A stretch of DNA of 57,768 nucleotides, counting the filler, from Streblomastix strix (Eukaryota), in NCBI GenBank assembly GCA_008636045.1. It is 3 parts of 3 records of this genome, joined end to end, with 100 filler letters (N's around TTAATTAATTAA, not from the genome) between each part and the next. Parts side by side here need not be neighbours in the genome. Positions count along the whole stretch, not along the records: positions 38,581 to 57,768 come from SNRW01000537.1; 2 more parts are not named here. One strand, written 5' to 3'. Below the pieces are notes generated by a model that saw only the letters and a list, made by a program, of their open reading frames with translations, was not told the DNA's origin and did no database searches. Of the stretch, positions 39,962 through 51,760 are shown piece by piece (the stretch's first letter is position 1; every line of letters starts with the position of its first letter). Position numbers and translations under genes: made by a program.

Positions 39962-41098
39962 ATGTCTCAGGAAAAAGAGAAGGACAACCCTCGGCTAGAG
40001 CATCAAAGCTAACATCAACCACATCCCTTCAAGATCGAGATAATGGAAGACGTTAGGCGACTACCTGATGCTGAGAGGAGAGGAATTTTAGCTGATTGGA
40101 AGTTTTCAGACACTAGCCTCGAGGTTGGAATCCCTGAATATCCTGAAAAACTAGCTCTACTCAGGGCGTATGTAATCAACAAGCATAATCGAGCAATTGA
40201 CCTTCGAGATCAGCTTCCTCAGCCGAATGAAGTTTTTATGCAAAGCTTACCTGGGGGCTTAATACCACTAAACGTTCTTCAAGTTTAATGGCAAGATCCT
40301 ATCAAAAGATAACTGTAGAATAATCTTGCAAACCAAATATTGGAAGCACTGCCTGAAAAGGTTGACAAGAAAAAGCGAAAACGCCATGAAGGTTCTAACA
40401 GCAATTCAGAGAGCGAATCAGGTGAATAGCAACATCATAAACGAAGCAAGAACAAGAAACATCGAAAACGTCGCCGTAGATCAACTACATCAGATGAATG
40501 TTCCAGTTCTTCATAAAGTAGCAGAAGTCGTTCTCGAAGCGTGCACAGAAGGCATAGCCGATCCTCCAAATCAGAAACTATCAAGAGAGACTTAACTGGT
40601 ATTGTTGGAGTTTCAAGTGCAAGCAAATTTAATCCAAACAAGGTATAGATGCATGAGTCCTGGATTCGAAATGCTGAGCGCCACCGTTGGTAACATGAAG
40701 ATTATTGGCCAACTTCAGAACCTGGGTAATAACACCCACTGGAAGTATCTGCAGTTTATCGTGAAAACGCAAAAGCTTTATCATTAGCAGAGAGCGCACT
40801 CCTTAATGAAATTCAGAGGAAAGCAGAATAATAAAAGCCATCAAAAGATGTTACTGACGCGTACCTAATGGTCCTTACTGCGGGGGCTAGATCGAGAACT
40901 ATCAGAGAAGCTGACACATAAACTGGGACCAGACGAGAACAAATTCTGTTGAACTACAACCAACCAAATTAGAATTCAGCTCCTTTGCAGCAGCAAAGTG
41001 ACTACAATCGAAGATTCAACAACAATTACAACAGTTGGAAGAAGCACGGCTCTTAACGAGATCATAAAGGATATGACAAGAGCGATAAGAGAGGATGA
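39962..41098 (+). CDS. DIRS A ORF1 (gag-like), 378 aa
   Basis: Open ATG-TGA frame directly after the left ITR, with an Arg/Ser-rich basic tract. Confidence 0.7.
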
Positions 41099-41296
41099 AT
41101 CGCGAGTTTCATCCAGGAACCTATTGGAGAGTAACTTCTTGAATCTGAACAATAGTAACCATAAAAGATGTAAAAAGATGCAGAAAATAATGAAGACGAC
41201 GACTAGTTGGGGTGAACTGTTCTAATAAACGACTTTAATAATTAGAATTGCGATCCGGCAATTAATTTCTTGCCACAATTGGTGGCTCCAGAACTT

Positions 41297-42782
41297 ATGA
41301 AAAAACAGACGTAAATAGACAATAAAGTAGGTGCGAGACTAACCATGTTCGAGAACAAATGGAAGTAGATTGGCCAGGACTAACTAATCAGAGAAGGCTT
41401 AACACTTCGTTGGAAAGATTAATTTAGCTAAATGAAGCTGAAACAAATCAGGAAGAAGAGAGACTTTAAAGGAGACTCTAATTAGCTGAAGAGTATGAAA
41501 GAAATTATTAGTTATGAACTAATGGATGGAGTAATAATTCCAATCCAAGATAGTTAAGTGGCATTTTGGAACCCAATTTTCGCAGTTAACAAGAAGAATG
41601 GTGGATTTCGTAAAATTCTAGATTGTCACAAGCTTAATTACGAGTTGATGACGGAAACATTCCAGATGGACAATGTCAATTCAATCAAACAAATCTTGAA
41701 ACAGGGAGATTTCGCGACTAGTCTAGACATACACTAGGCTTTTCATCATATCGGAGTGGCTGCAAAATCAATCCCTTATCTGTATTTCTCCTTCTTGGAT
41801 CAGAGTTATGCTTACATCGGGATGCCTTTCGGCGTATCAATCGCTCCTAGAGTATTCATTAAAACATTGATTCCCCTTATTGCGTAGCTGAGAAAGATGT
41901 TATCTTCTAACATAATAACTTATATGGACGATATATTGATTCTTAATCAAAACCCACTAATATTACAATAGGAAACGTTAATAATTAAGGATTATCTAAC
42001 ATAGAAGGGATGGATTCTATCAATGGAAAAGAACAACATGAATCCAAGTTAGGATTTCGAATTCATAGGATGGAGATGGGACAACAGGAACTTAACAATA
42101 CAATTAAAACCGAAGAGAAGAAGGGGGATGATCAAATAATTAAAGATATTAATGAATAGAGCAATACACAATAAATACATCAGAACTTTAGAATTAGCCA
42201 AAAGAATAGGAGAAATCCCGTTCGCACGAGTCCAATTCGTACGAGGAGCATTACACACAAAATTGCTGAATAAGCTAAAAGATCAAGAAGTGCAAAGATC
42301 GGGTTGGAACAACTGGATTAAGTTAACATATAAGGTAGTTCCGGAAATAGCATGGTGGATTCAGAAAATATCATAGAACAAACCACTAAACTTCTAGACT
42401 CCAACTAACTGGGCATCAATTCAGACGGATGCTAGTCATCATGGCTGGGGTGCAACTTGCAAGATAGCACAAAATAAAACAATGGTAGCTTATAACTGGT
42501 GGACGAAAGAGGAACTCAAATATATCGATACTTTTAACAAACGCGAACTGATGGTAGTCTCTAGATCGTTAATGGAATTCAAATCAACAATGATTAATAA
42601 CCAAATTCAAGGAATCAAATTGTTAACCGATAACACAGTCACAATGTATTGTATTAATAAAATGAAAGCAGCTACTTCAATTACACCAATCGTAGACTAG
42701 ATTCTGATTATGGCCGAGAATATCAATTGGCAAATTCGAGCATAGTATATCCAAGGTACTCTCAATTACGTGCCAGATAGCT
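41297..42782 (+). pseudogene. DIRS A reverse transcriptase/RNase H, 3'-truncated by deletion
   Basis: VGARL..KW, FRKILDC, SLDIHQAFHHI, MPFG, YMDD (41921). RNase H TDAS..GWGA, REL, TDN. Similarity ends at YVPDS. Confidence 0.9.
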
Positions 42783-43607
42783 TTTACTGTCGCAAGACTG
42801 GCCGAAATTCACCGAGCTGTTGTCTTGAATTAAGATGAAGATAATATAATCCTGCTAACAAAAATCCTAAAAACACCACCACGAGAGGCTGAACTCAAGA
42901 TTGAAATGAATCAAGATAAGTCTATCTGCCCACATACTTAGTTTAAAGCATGGTGGTCGTAAAGAGATCCTCTTAATCCCAATAAACCTGAACAAATATG
43001 GAAAACGAGGATGACTAAAAAACCAGCAACTTACGATGCGCTGAGTAAATAAATAAGATTTATTATGTAAACAGCCGGAATTCCCAGTTCTTACAGCGTG
43101 ACATCAGTAAGAACAGCTGCAATAACCAAGCTGATTAAAGCTGGAGCTTCACCAGTGACAGTTGACCGGTTCACCCATCATTCAGATACTGCTTCAACTG
43201 TGCGCTAACATTACGATAGAAATAATAACAGCTAAGCTAGACAGTTACTTGCGAGCTCCACAGAATTAAGCATTCAAATTGTTGCAAATGATACTGCTGA
43301 TGAAGAGATCAGTGAAGATTTGCGTGATGAAGAAGAAAACTTGCTCTCTGAATTGGAAAATGATGAACTCACAGTACAAGATCAACATCATCTGGAACAA
43401 GTAGATTAAGAGAAGAAGACTAGTGACTAAGAGAATCTTGATTTAGAGAATAAATTTAATATGGAGGGTCAATTATTGAGAGAAAAGTCTTTCCCTAGAC
43501 CTGAGCCTTCTGGGGTTTTCTCACTGAGTATCTCATTAATTAATTCCAAAGACCCCATTTTTAACTATTATTTAATCATTTTTATATAGATGTTCATGCT
43601 AGTTTGA
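42783..43607 (+). pseudogene. DIRS A tyrosine recombinase, C-terminal half
   Basis: FTVARLAEIHR..ICP..SVTSVRTAA..FTHHS..TVRQHYD, then an acidic tail. N-terminus missing. Confidence 0.85.
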
Positions 43608-43670
43608 GCAATATAGCTACACTGACCTAAAGTAGCCCGGGACTGAATGATAGTCCTTTCAAGATTGATT

Positions 43671-43785
43671 AGTCCAATAAACAAGCTAAGAGCTCATAAG
43701 CTCTGCAGGAGGATGTAGATAAACCGGAGTTTACGAAGGGTTATCGTAATATCTCAGGAAGTAAGCTTATGAGCTCTTAGTTTGT
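43671..43785. repeat. Internal complementary region (ICR) of DIRS A
   Basis: 43671-43744 is the reverse complement of 39843-39916. 43743-43785 is the near-perfect reverse complement of 44064-44106. Confidence 0.92.
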
Positions 43786-44900
43786 CCCACCTCAAATGAA
43801 TTTGTCACCCACCCTTGAGAATTAACAATCATATGAAGTTGATAAATCAAACTAAGAGTCTTAATGTTAATGATACAAGTCAAAATAAAACAAATCAAAG
43901 GGAAAACTCAGAATATTGAAGCAGATTATAGCCTAAAGATCAACGTAGCGATCACGTAATACCTTTATTATTTGTTATAATTTTGAATTCAATCCACTAT
44001 TTATTACAACATTTCATAATCTTTTCGGGCTGGGCCCATACTGGCGTCCCAACAGTCCAATAAACAAACTAAGAGCTCATAAGCTTACTTCCGGAGGTAT
44101 TACGATTTCCTTTTATTTACTTTAATTTTGTATTTGTTAAATTTTCATTAATTATATATTATGAGTTATTTGAAGCTGAACAGTCTGTTAACATTATTGA
44201 TCTGAATACATTTTTACCAAATAATGATTTATTTGTATCCAACCTGATTCAAGAAATGAATTACATCCATTCACTAAGCAATTTCGATAACAAAAAAATT
44301 TCCTCGTATTCATCTTCATTTTCATGCAATTATGATAATTCCCTCTATGCATTTCACTAACCTAGAGCGAACCTTTTATTGAGACTGTCGACCCTGTACA
44401 AATGGGGCCCAGTCAACGAAACCCAAATTGGTCGCGAAGTGAAATAAATTTGAACTTGAAAGATAATAACTGATAATAAAGAATAAATAAACAGACAATT
44501 TAAAGGTAAATCAAAAATTGCTCTTAGAGAATTTTATCTAGTACTGCGTTTAAAGTTGACTGTACATGTTCGCTCATGATGAAAAAACCAGTTTGTGAAG
44601 TAGTAAAAAATGAATGAGGTAATATTAAAATAAAAAAGGTATAAAGGAAAATGTTAATAAAATGGTTATTAAGAAAATGTTAAACTATAACAGAGTAAAG
44701 ATACATTTAAGCAAATTTAAATATATAAATGGTACGATGTAAGTTAGTAAAATAATAGTAAATTAGAAAGAAAGTTATATGTCTTTGCCGCGTTATTTGC
44801 AGCTCGTTGATGTAAATTTAAGAGGCGGGAGCCAAGTCATCTTTATTTACTTGAGTTAAATGTCGTTTTGATTAGTTTGCTTGGCGATCGGGTGGGAATC

Positions 44901-45002
44901 AAAGGTTCGCTCTAGGTTAGTGAAATGCATAGATAACCACGTCGTACCTTGTGATTATCTTAGCATCCACATACCTAGAGCTCATCTTTTATTGAGACTG
45001 TC
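44901..45002. repeat. ICR of DIRS B
   Basis: 44901-44933 is the reverse complement of 44344-44376. 44933-45002 is the near-perfect reverse complement of 49931-50000. Confidence 0.92.
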
Positions 45003-45004
45003 TT

Positions 45005-48000
45005 TCAAAGTTTCCCAAGTCTCTCTCTTAAATCATCATTGAGATTCTTATCATAGATCTGTTAGACTGTGTTGGGACCATCCTTATGTCTTGAGAATCT
45101 GTTGATTTGATATGGTGTTGCACCCTGGTCAATAGCCTTGGTGATGGAAGAGGATCGAATTGAAATGATTGTATGAGATTTGTTGACGCCTGCTAAATTC
45201 ATTATTGCATGTGCTGCTCTTGATGCTTACTATGTGGAAGCTACTCGATTAGTTTTTGTCAAATACCACAGCATTGTTGGTTTTAGTCTATTGCCGTTCT
45301 TCTTTGTCCAATTGTCTAGCCAAAAGACTGGTGAAGTGGAAGTTGTTGATGTTTGTCTGAATGTGAGAATGACTTTTGAAATTGGTTTCTTGAAGATGGA
45401 AGTGCTGATTAACCAGGAATTGTCTATATCTTTTTCGGCAGTTGCTCTCATAACTTCCTCTAATCTAAGTTCTGAAAAAGCTATTATTGGTAGTATTGTG
45501 CATCTAAGAAGAATGTCTTCAGTGAGTTAATCTATCGTTTGTACTTTCTGATCTAGAATTTTTAGTAGATCATCAAGGTGATATATAGGTTCTTCTTTGT
45601 GTACTTTCCTGATTGCTGTTCTGTGTTTTTTCATGATTTATTCTAACATTTTACCATTGATCTTATGTTCATTATGTCCAGCAACTTTTAATAGTAGAGC
45701 TACAGCGCATGCACTTTCAACTATATTGGAATGAGTAGAATTGCTGTTTTATAAGTAGCTGATATATTTTATTAGTTCTGCTTCCGGGTCTTGAATACTT
45801 TTCAGATCTTCCCACTTCCTGCTTATACCTTCCCAGTAATTGAGGAATTAGCCTAGTCTTTACCTATGTCTTCTCCATGCACCATGCCAGCTCCCAATTG
45901 AATCGTTGATTATTTCTTCAGTTAGACCTCTTTGTGCAGCGATTTATTTAAAGAGTTTTTCTCCTCTTTACCTTTAATATGCGCTATCAGCACGTCTCCT
46001 GGAGGGAAGTGCCGTTTTTGCTTACGCATTCTCCCACCGACTTCCAGAACGTCTGATGATTTACCTAGATTGATTGACTTGATCATTAGTTCTTAGAGGT
46101 CTGTCCACCAGCTCTGAGTTTGCCAATAAGGGACTATCAAAACTGCTTCTGTTTGATCTTTCCTAACTTTGTTTAGGACTCTTTGTATGAGTGGTATAGG
46201 TGGGTGTAAGAGTGGTGTTTCTTTCTTCCAATTTGCTTTCATTCCGTCTTGACCTTGAGCCCATGGGTCCCATATTAGACTGTAAAACCTTCTGCATTTA
46301 CGATTCCTTCGATTGGCGAAGTAGTATACTGTTGGTTACATTGCTAATTCTTGGAGTGCTTCGTACAGTACCTCCTTACGAATACCATAATCCCCACTTG
46401 TGGAAAGTCTCGAAAGAGAATCTGCTTCCTTATTGTCCTTCCCTGGTATGTGAAATGCTGAAAACTGGATTTTCATGATCTCCAGAGTTTATAGAATCTG
46501 ATCGACTAGTTTACATAGTGCTGGGGCTGCGGCTCCTCTTCTTAAGTCGAATATCGCTGTTGAGTTATCTGATTGTATTCTTAGGCTTTTGATTATTCCA
46601 ACTTCGAAGTTCTTTCCGATACTCTGTATTCCTAAAAGAATAGCAGCCAACTCTCGCTGATTTGATGAAGTTAGTTTCCACTTCGGATTATTGTACCAAT
46701 TCCCTGCGAACCTAACTGTTTGTCCCGTTTTTATCAGTTGTAATGTACCTCCCTATTGCGTTTCGGAAGTGTCCGTAGTCAAGACCGCTTCTGGTTCTTG
46801 AAACGTGAAGTGGGTTTGGTAGTTGTTGAGAACTGTTTTTCTCCACCAATGGATCTCTCCTAGAGTTTACTTGCTGATCCACATTCTGCTGTTCCAACCT
46901 CGACTCATTGATACCAGATCTTTCTATTTATTCAACTTCCTAAGATAAAGACCTCCTCTTCTGAAATATGTTCTTAGGAAATTCAATTTCCCTATCAGAC
47001 TAGCAATCCATTTAATTCTGACAATCTTATTCTTTTCGATTGTTCTTCTCCACTTCCCCAGCAGACACAGTGTTTCCGCTCTTCTTTCTTTCGTCATTGA
47101 TAATTGATTTTTCTTTAGATCTACTTTCCATCCAAGAAATTCTATTTGTTATAATGGAGTCAGAATTGATTTCTCTCTTGAAACCTTCCAACCAAGATCT
47201 GTTAGTATCTCTAGTATTTTGGGTATCTATTCTTGGAGATCTTCTTTAGAATTGTTTAGGAATACTAAGTCGTCTGAGTATGAAAGACACCAGATTTGTA
47301 GAGAAGTCCTTATGTATTGCATTACGGGTTTCATCAGTTTATGGAAGACTAGAGGCGCGTTCTTGATACCAAAGCACATTGCGTGGTACATATAAAACTT
47401 ATCTTTGAACTGGAAACCAAGATACCTGCGCAGGTTACGACTTACTGGGACATAGATGTGTGCTGATTCTAGATCTATTTTGATAGCCCAATCCTAATTC
47501 CTTGCTAGTTATCTCAGGGTTTGTATATCGTCCATCTTGAAGTGATAGGATACAAGGTGTTTATTTAACTCTGAGCAGTCCATGATTTTCCTCCAGCGTC
47601 CTTTCCCTTTCTTTGGTCTTGCAAAAATTGGATTTATCCAATGTAATTATTCTTGTTTCACTTATACAATTACTTTCTGTTGAAGTTCGTTGTTAATGAG
47701 GGATTCTAACACCGTTATTTGTTAGTAGTTAGAGGTTTGAAGGGGTTAGTATATGTTATTCTAGAGCCATTTCACAGATTGGGGAGAAGCCCATTCTACC
47801 CAGATTCCTTGTTTTACCAACTCTTCTGCTCCAATTTTTCGCCAAGCATATAGATGATTCATTAAGCAAACGCCGATTGGTTCCATAGATTATGTGCGAT
47901 TAGTTTAGGATTGTGTTAACTCTGTTACTTGATTGATATTTCCATTAATGGATTATTTAATTGAGTGTATGTTGTTGAACTGCTCTATATTATTCAAGTT

Positions 48001-48496
48001 TGATTGTGGAGATATTTAACTCTAGTTGACTATTTTATTACTGTTTTGGTTAATTTGTAGAAGATTAGTATTGTGACTATCTAAAGAAAGTAGGGTGAGA
48101 GGAATAAGTTATGGAAATTCTTCTGATTTGTTTTGCATCTAATATTGTATTAGTGGGTTTGAAGTATTTAATAGATTGGAGTTGATCCATAATGTTATAG
48201 GATATGTTTGATTCTAAATGGTGTGATATTACCCCCTTCGCAATTCCAAACTATTCGTTTAGAAAGGAGCGAGTAACTGTTGATTGATATTTATTTGAGG
48301 ATTTGATTTAACTTCCCTACACACTCTCAGATTGTTAGTCTAAGACGGAGCAAAGTTAATCTTCTCCAGTTTAATTTGGTTTATATTAATATTGTGTGGA
48401 GGGCTAAGACGTCCTTCCCTACTCTGTTTGACAGGAGCAAAGGATTCCGCCCTTCTCATCACTATATTATTGTTGTTATTTTATGAGTTATCCCAT
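45005..48496 (-). CDS. DIRS B long ORF (1163 aa) overlapping the RT, with C-terminal tyrosine recombinase (~45005-45970)
   Basis: ATG just after the gag stop, and no in-frame TGA until 45005-45007. YR motifs ELRLEEV, TIISIRSSS, FSRH, TVQQIYD. Confidence 0.8.
45802..48459 (-). CDS. DIRS B reverse transcriptase-RNase H-DNA adenine methyltransferase-like ORF
   Basis: KIDLESA, MCFG, YSDD (47269-47280); TTDTS, SNQREL, SDN, HIPGKDNKEADSLSR; FANRRN, LHPPIP, VPYW..QSWW. Frame open throughout. Confidence 0.92.
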
Positions 48497-48497
48497 A

Positions 48498-49880
48498 TCA
48501 AATATGGTTCTCCGGATCTTTGTTATCCATTTCTTCATCCGACTTATCCTTCTCCATCATGTTACTTCCCCATTTTTAGAAAAATCTCTTTCCTTTTACG
48601 TTTCCTTTAGTCATTTTTCTTTGATTTGCTTATCGTTTGCCTTGATATGAGTTATTACTGTTCAGAAAAGGGCTACGATTGCTCTGATTTGATTTATAAT
48701 TGCCCAGCTCCAGTTGGCTCATCCTTTAGTTGCTGAAGCGGGATTCCTGAAAACCCTCCTTTTTAAGTTTCTTTATTTCAGATTGTCTTTATTTCTGAGT
48801 TTCTGAAAATATCTCAACCTTTTCAGATCTAGTTTGAATACCTCCGACGAGCTGTTCGCGAACCCGTTGAGCATCGCCTGTGGCTAACAGTGACAATTTG
48901 TAGCCCTTCACAAGTTTGTCCATTAGACCTTGCAACTGTCCTTTTGATGCCATATGCATTATATCAAGAAAGACTTATTAAACTTATGCGGATGACTCTA
49001 TTGCAATACGGAAAACTGTTCTCTCTCCAAAGGCCGAAGGAGCAACTTTAAGTAGTTTCCACATCCTGTTGGCGAGCTTCCATTGTGTCTCTTGGTAGAG
49101 AATTTATCGTTCCATTGGGTTCATATCAAATGCAAGTGGGTCAAAAGACTTAGCTTCGCAATTCATGATTCCTTCAAGTAACTGCAACAGTTTCCTTGTA
49201 GCGATTTCCTCTTCTTTTGATTGAAATTTGGCGTATTTATTTCTTTACTCTTCGAATTCATCTGCAATTGATCTTATGATAACTGGTGTGCGTTATTCCG
49301 CTACTGTTTGTGTGACGTTCGGAGAAATTTCAGAGTTTTGCTAAATTGTTTCATTTTCATCAGCTCTAACCCTTTTGCGAGGAGTCATTTTAGGCATAAT
49401 AAGTGTCTCTTCGTTAATACCTTGTGATCTGAAAATGGGATGGTCACTCGAGCTGCTCTGGATGAGTTACATGCGCATCTTTTCAACATCGGAATTTATC
49501 GATGCTAGCCAGGCTCTTTCTTCATTAAATGTTGTCAACTGGAACTGAGTACCAAGCAATCTCCTTCCAGACTTGGAGTAGAACCTCTGAGCTTTCACTT
49601 CGGCGACTGGCTTGTTTTACTCGAGAATAAAGATTCTCCCCGTAATTGGATCGAATTAGACGCATAGTTCAATGGAATTCATGAAGTCATCTTCGATATC
49701 GAATATTTCATGCTCTGACGCATTGTCATCATCAGATATGCCGCTCAAACGTTCAAAATTGTCTAATTTTGTGACAGGACACTTGTCAAAGGTGTACGGA
49801 GTCTCTGATTCCTTATCAGGCCCTTGAGTTGAACTCGATTGTGACGCAAGGATTGTGTCCTAGTCCGTTTGAGTGGCCAT
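48498..49880 (-). CDS. DIRS B ORF1 (gag-like), ~460 aa
   Basis: ATG at the inner edge of the 5' ITR, in the same frame as TGA 48498-48500. Confidence 0.7.
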
Positions 49881-50000
49881 TCGCGACCTAGTTGTACTTT
49901 AAGTTGACTAGGCCCCATTTGTACAGGGTCGACAGTCTCAATAAAAGGTGAGCTCTAGGTATGTGGATGCTAAGATAATCACGAGGTACGACGTGGTTAT

Positions 50001-50851
50001 AATTTCATCCAATTGAACTCCTTCTTTCACTATTCCATTTGCTCCATCTGATCCACAACATTACAAATTTAGTGCTAATTTTATTCCATTTCCAATTAAG
50101 TGTATAGAATTACTCGAGATGTTTTCCGAAGTATTGCTGGAAGTTCGCTACTGATGATAAATGGATGATTATCTAATATAACTTTGAAATAAAAATAAAA
50201 ATAATAAATGAAAATTTTAAAATTAATTAAATAAAATTTCTGTTCAAATAAATATAATAAATTTTAAACCTGGACATTCAGCAAGTTGAGAAAGTGTATA
50301 TGAAGACAAATTTATCATTTCATTATCTTCACTTAGAGCCAAGTGTTTTAATTTTGTGAAAAATGAATCTTTTATTTCATCTGGTACTCTTACTGCTTTA
50401 TGAATCATGCTAATAACAATGGCACAATAATCCTGTATAAAATGTAAAGAAATTCACTGGTTATTTGTACTTATGATATTTTTCCATAAAATTTAAACAG
50501 CTCATCAAAAAATCCATCTTCTCCAAGTTCTCCAATAAAAATAAGCTTATTTTCAATTAAGATTTTTTCTGCGGTTTAAATTGAAACAAGAATAAGTCCA
50601 CCATTATCATCAATATTATTCATTTTATATATAAGCACAGTTTTAATTTGACTCATAATTTCATTAATATTTATATTCTCCTTATTTTCAAGTTATTGAT
50701 CAATATTTTTCTCATATTCATAAAATTTTATCATCTCTTTGCGATTATAAATCCAAGAAAGCAAAAGAAATGCTTTAATTTTCAAAGATGGGTCTTTATT
50801 CTTATTCAATTATCTGATCCTTTGATTTGAAATATTATTTTTTACTGTCAT
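50001..50851 (-). pseudogene. ARM/helical-repeat family host gene interrupted by DIRS B (continues below 44344)
   Basis: MIHKAVRVPDEIK..YTLSQLAECP|DNHPFII..GVQLDEI, continuing RELSQLHENEDEYEEI beyond the element. Also has an internal frameshift. Confidence 0.65.
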
Positions 50852-50959
50852 TTATGTCTCAAAAGTTCCATATTAAAGAAGCAATATCAAGAATATAAGT
50901 AGATTATTTATTGTTTCAAATTTATCTGTTCTATTTATTATAAATAATTAAATGAAATT

Positions 50960-51600
50960 GGAATATAAAATAACTAAACAATAATGATAATTTCTAGTCA
51001 TACAACAGAAATTATGAAACATCAGCAATGAAATTGTCTTTCAAGATCTCAGAGTGATTGACTAGAATAAAACATAATAATACAAAAATAATATTAAAAA
51101 GACAAAATGAAATTAATAAAAATATTTTATTGTTTAAATAATTTCTCTAATCATACGAGGATTCCATGCAGTAGTAGAAAGCGTATATGTTGAATTTAAT
51201 TAAAATATTCTAAATTCATTATTCATCCCAACTTTTAATTACTAAACTATATCTTGTTTCATTTCATTTGGAAGTTGCAAAGTTTTGAATATCCAGCCTA
51301 AATCATATGCACAGATAGATTTAGCAAGTTATGATTTCTCATTTATTATCCCATCTTAGAAGAGAGATGATATTATGCCTTTATGATCACATTCTAGGAA
51401 GTTAGGATGAGGTTCTTATTTATTCAATTCAAATTCATCATAAGTCATGATATTAACTATTGCAACTGCTGATTTCTCAACAACTCTACAAAGATAACTC
51501 TTCATCGTTTTGAGAAATGTCTGCGTCAAATGAAGTGAATTGTTTGAGAGCATCAACATGAATGAACTTAATTTCATCAAGAGAAAGAGTAAATGCTGCA
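50960..51600 (-). pseudogene. ARM/helical-repeat family gene fragment, 5' end cut near DIRS C
   Basis: EPHPNF..LGWIFKTLQLPNEMKQDIV..CMES|.NHSEIL, with an intron at the equivalent position. Confidence 0.5.
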
Positions 51601-51760
51601 AAATAAACAAAACTTTTACCCTGTCTCCGATGGAGACGAGGATAATAATTGGTTACCCCCTTCTCTCCTTATCTCACCTCTTTATTGAGATACCATTGTG
51701 GCTCCAATATGGTCGGTGCACGAACAGGCATCCGACCTATGGGTTGGCCATTTTTTAAAT

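Larger units (their letters stand above)
39843..44106 (+). mobile_element. DIRS1-type retrotransposon A, internally deleted
   Basis: Left ITR 39843-39951, right ITR 44019-44106, and ICR 43671-43785 complementary to both outer ends. Encodes gag-like, RT/RNase H and partial YR. Confidence 0.93.
44344..50000 (-). mobile_element. DIRS1-type retrotransposon B, full length with three open ORFs
   Basis: ITRs ~44344-44438 and ~49880-50000, ICR 44901-45002. Encodes gag-like, RT-RNase H-MTase and YR ORFs. Confidence 0.95.

Noticed and set aside
45180..48610. Plus-strand track ORFs (45180, 46200, 47040, 48392)
   Set aside because: Antisense to DIRS B genes, with no independent motifs.
39843..50000. 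Repeats near RT genes as a diversity-generating retroelement, retron or CRISPR array
   Set aside because: The repeats are inverted ITR/ICR pairs of DIRS elements, with no adenine-specific mismatch pattern and no repeat-spacer periodicity.
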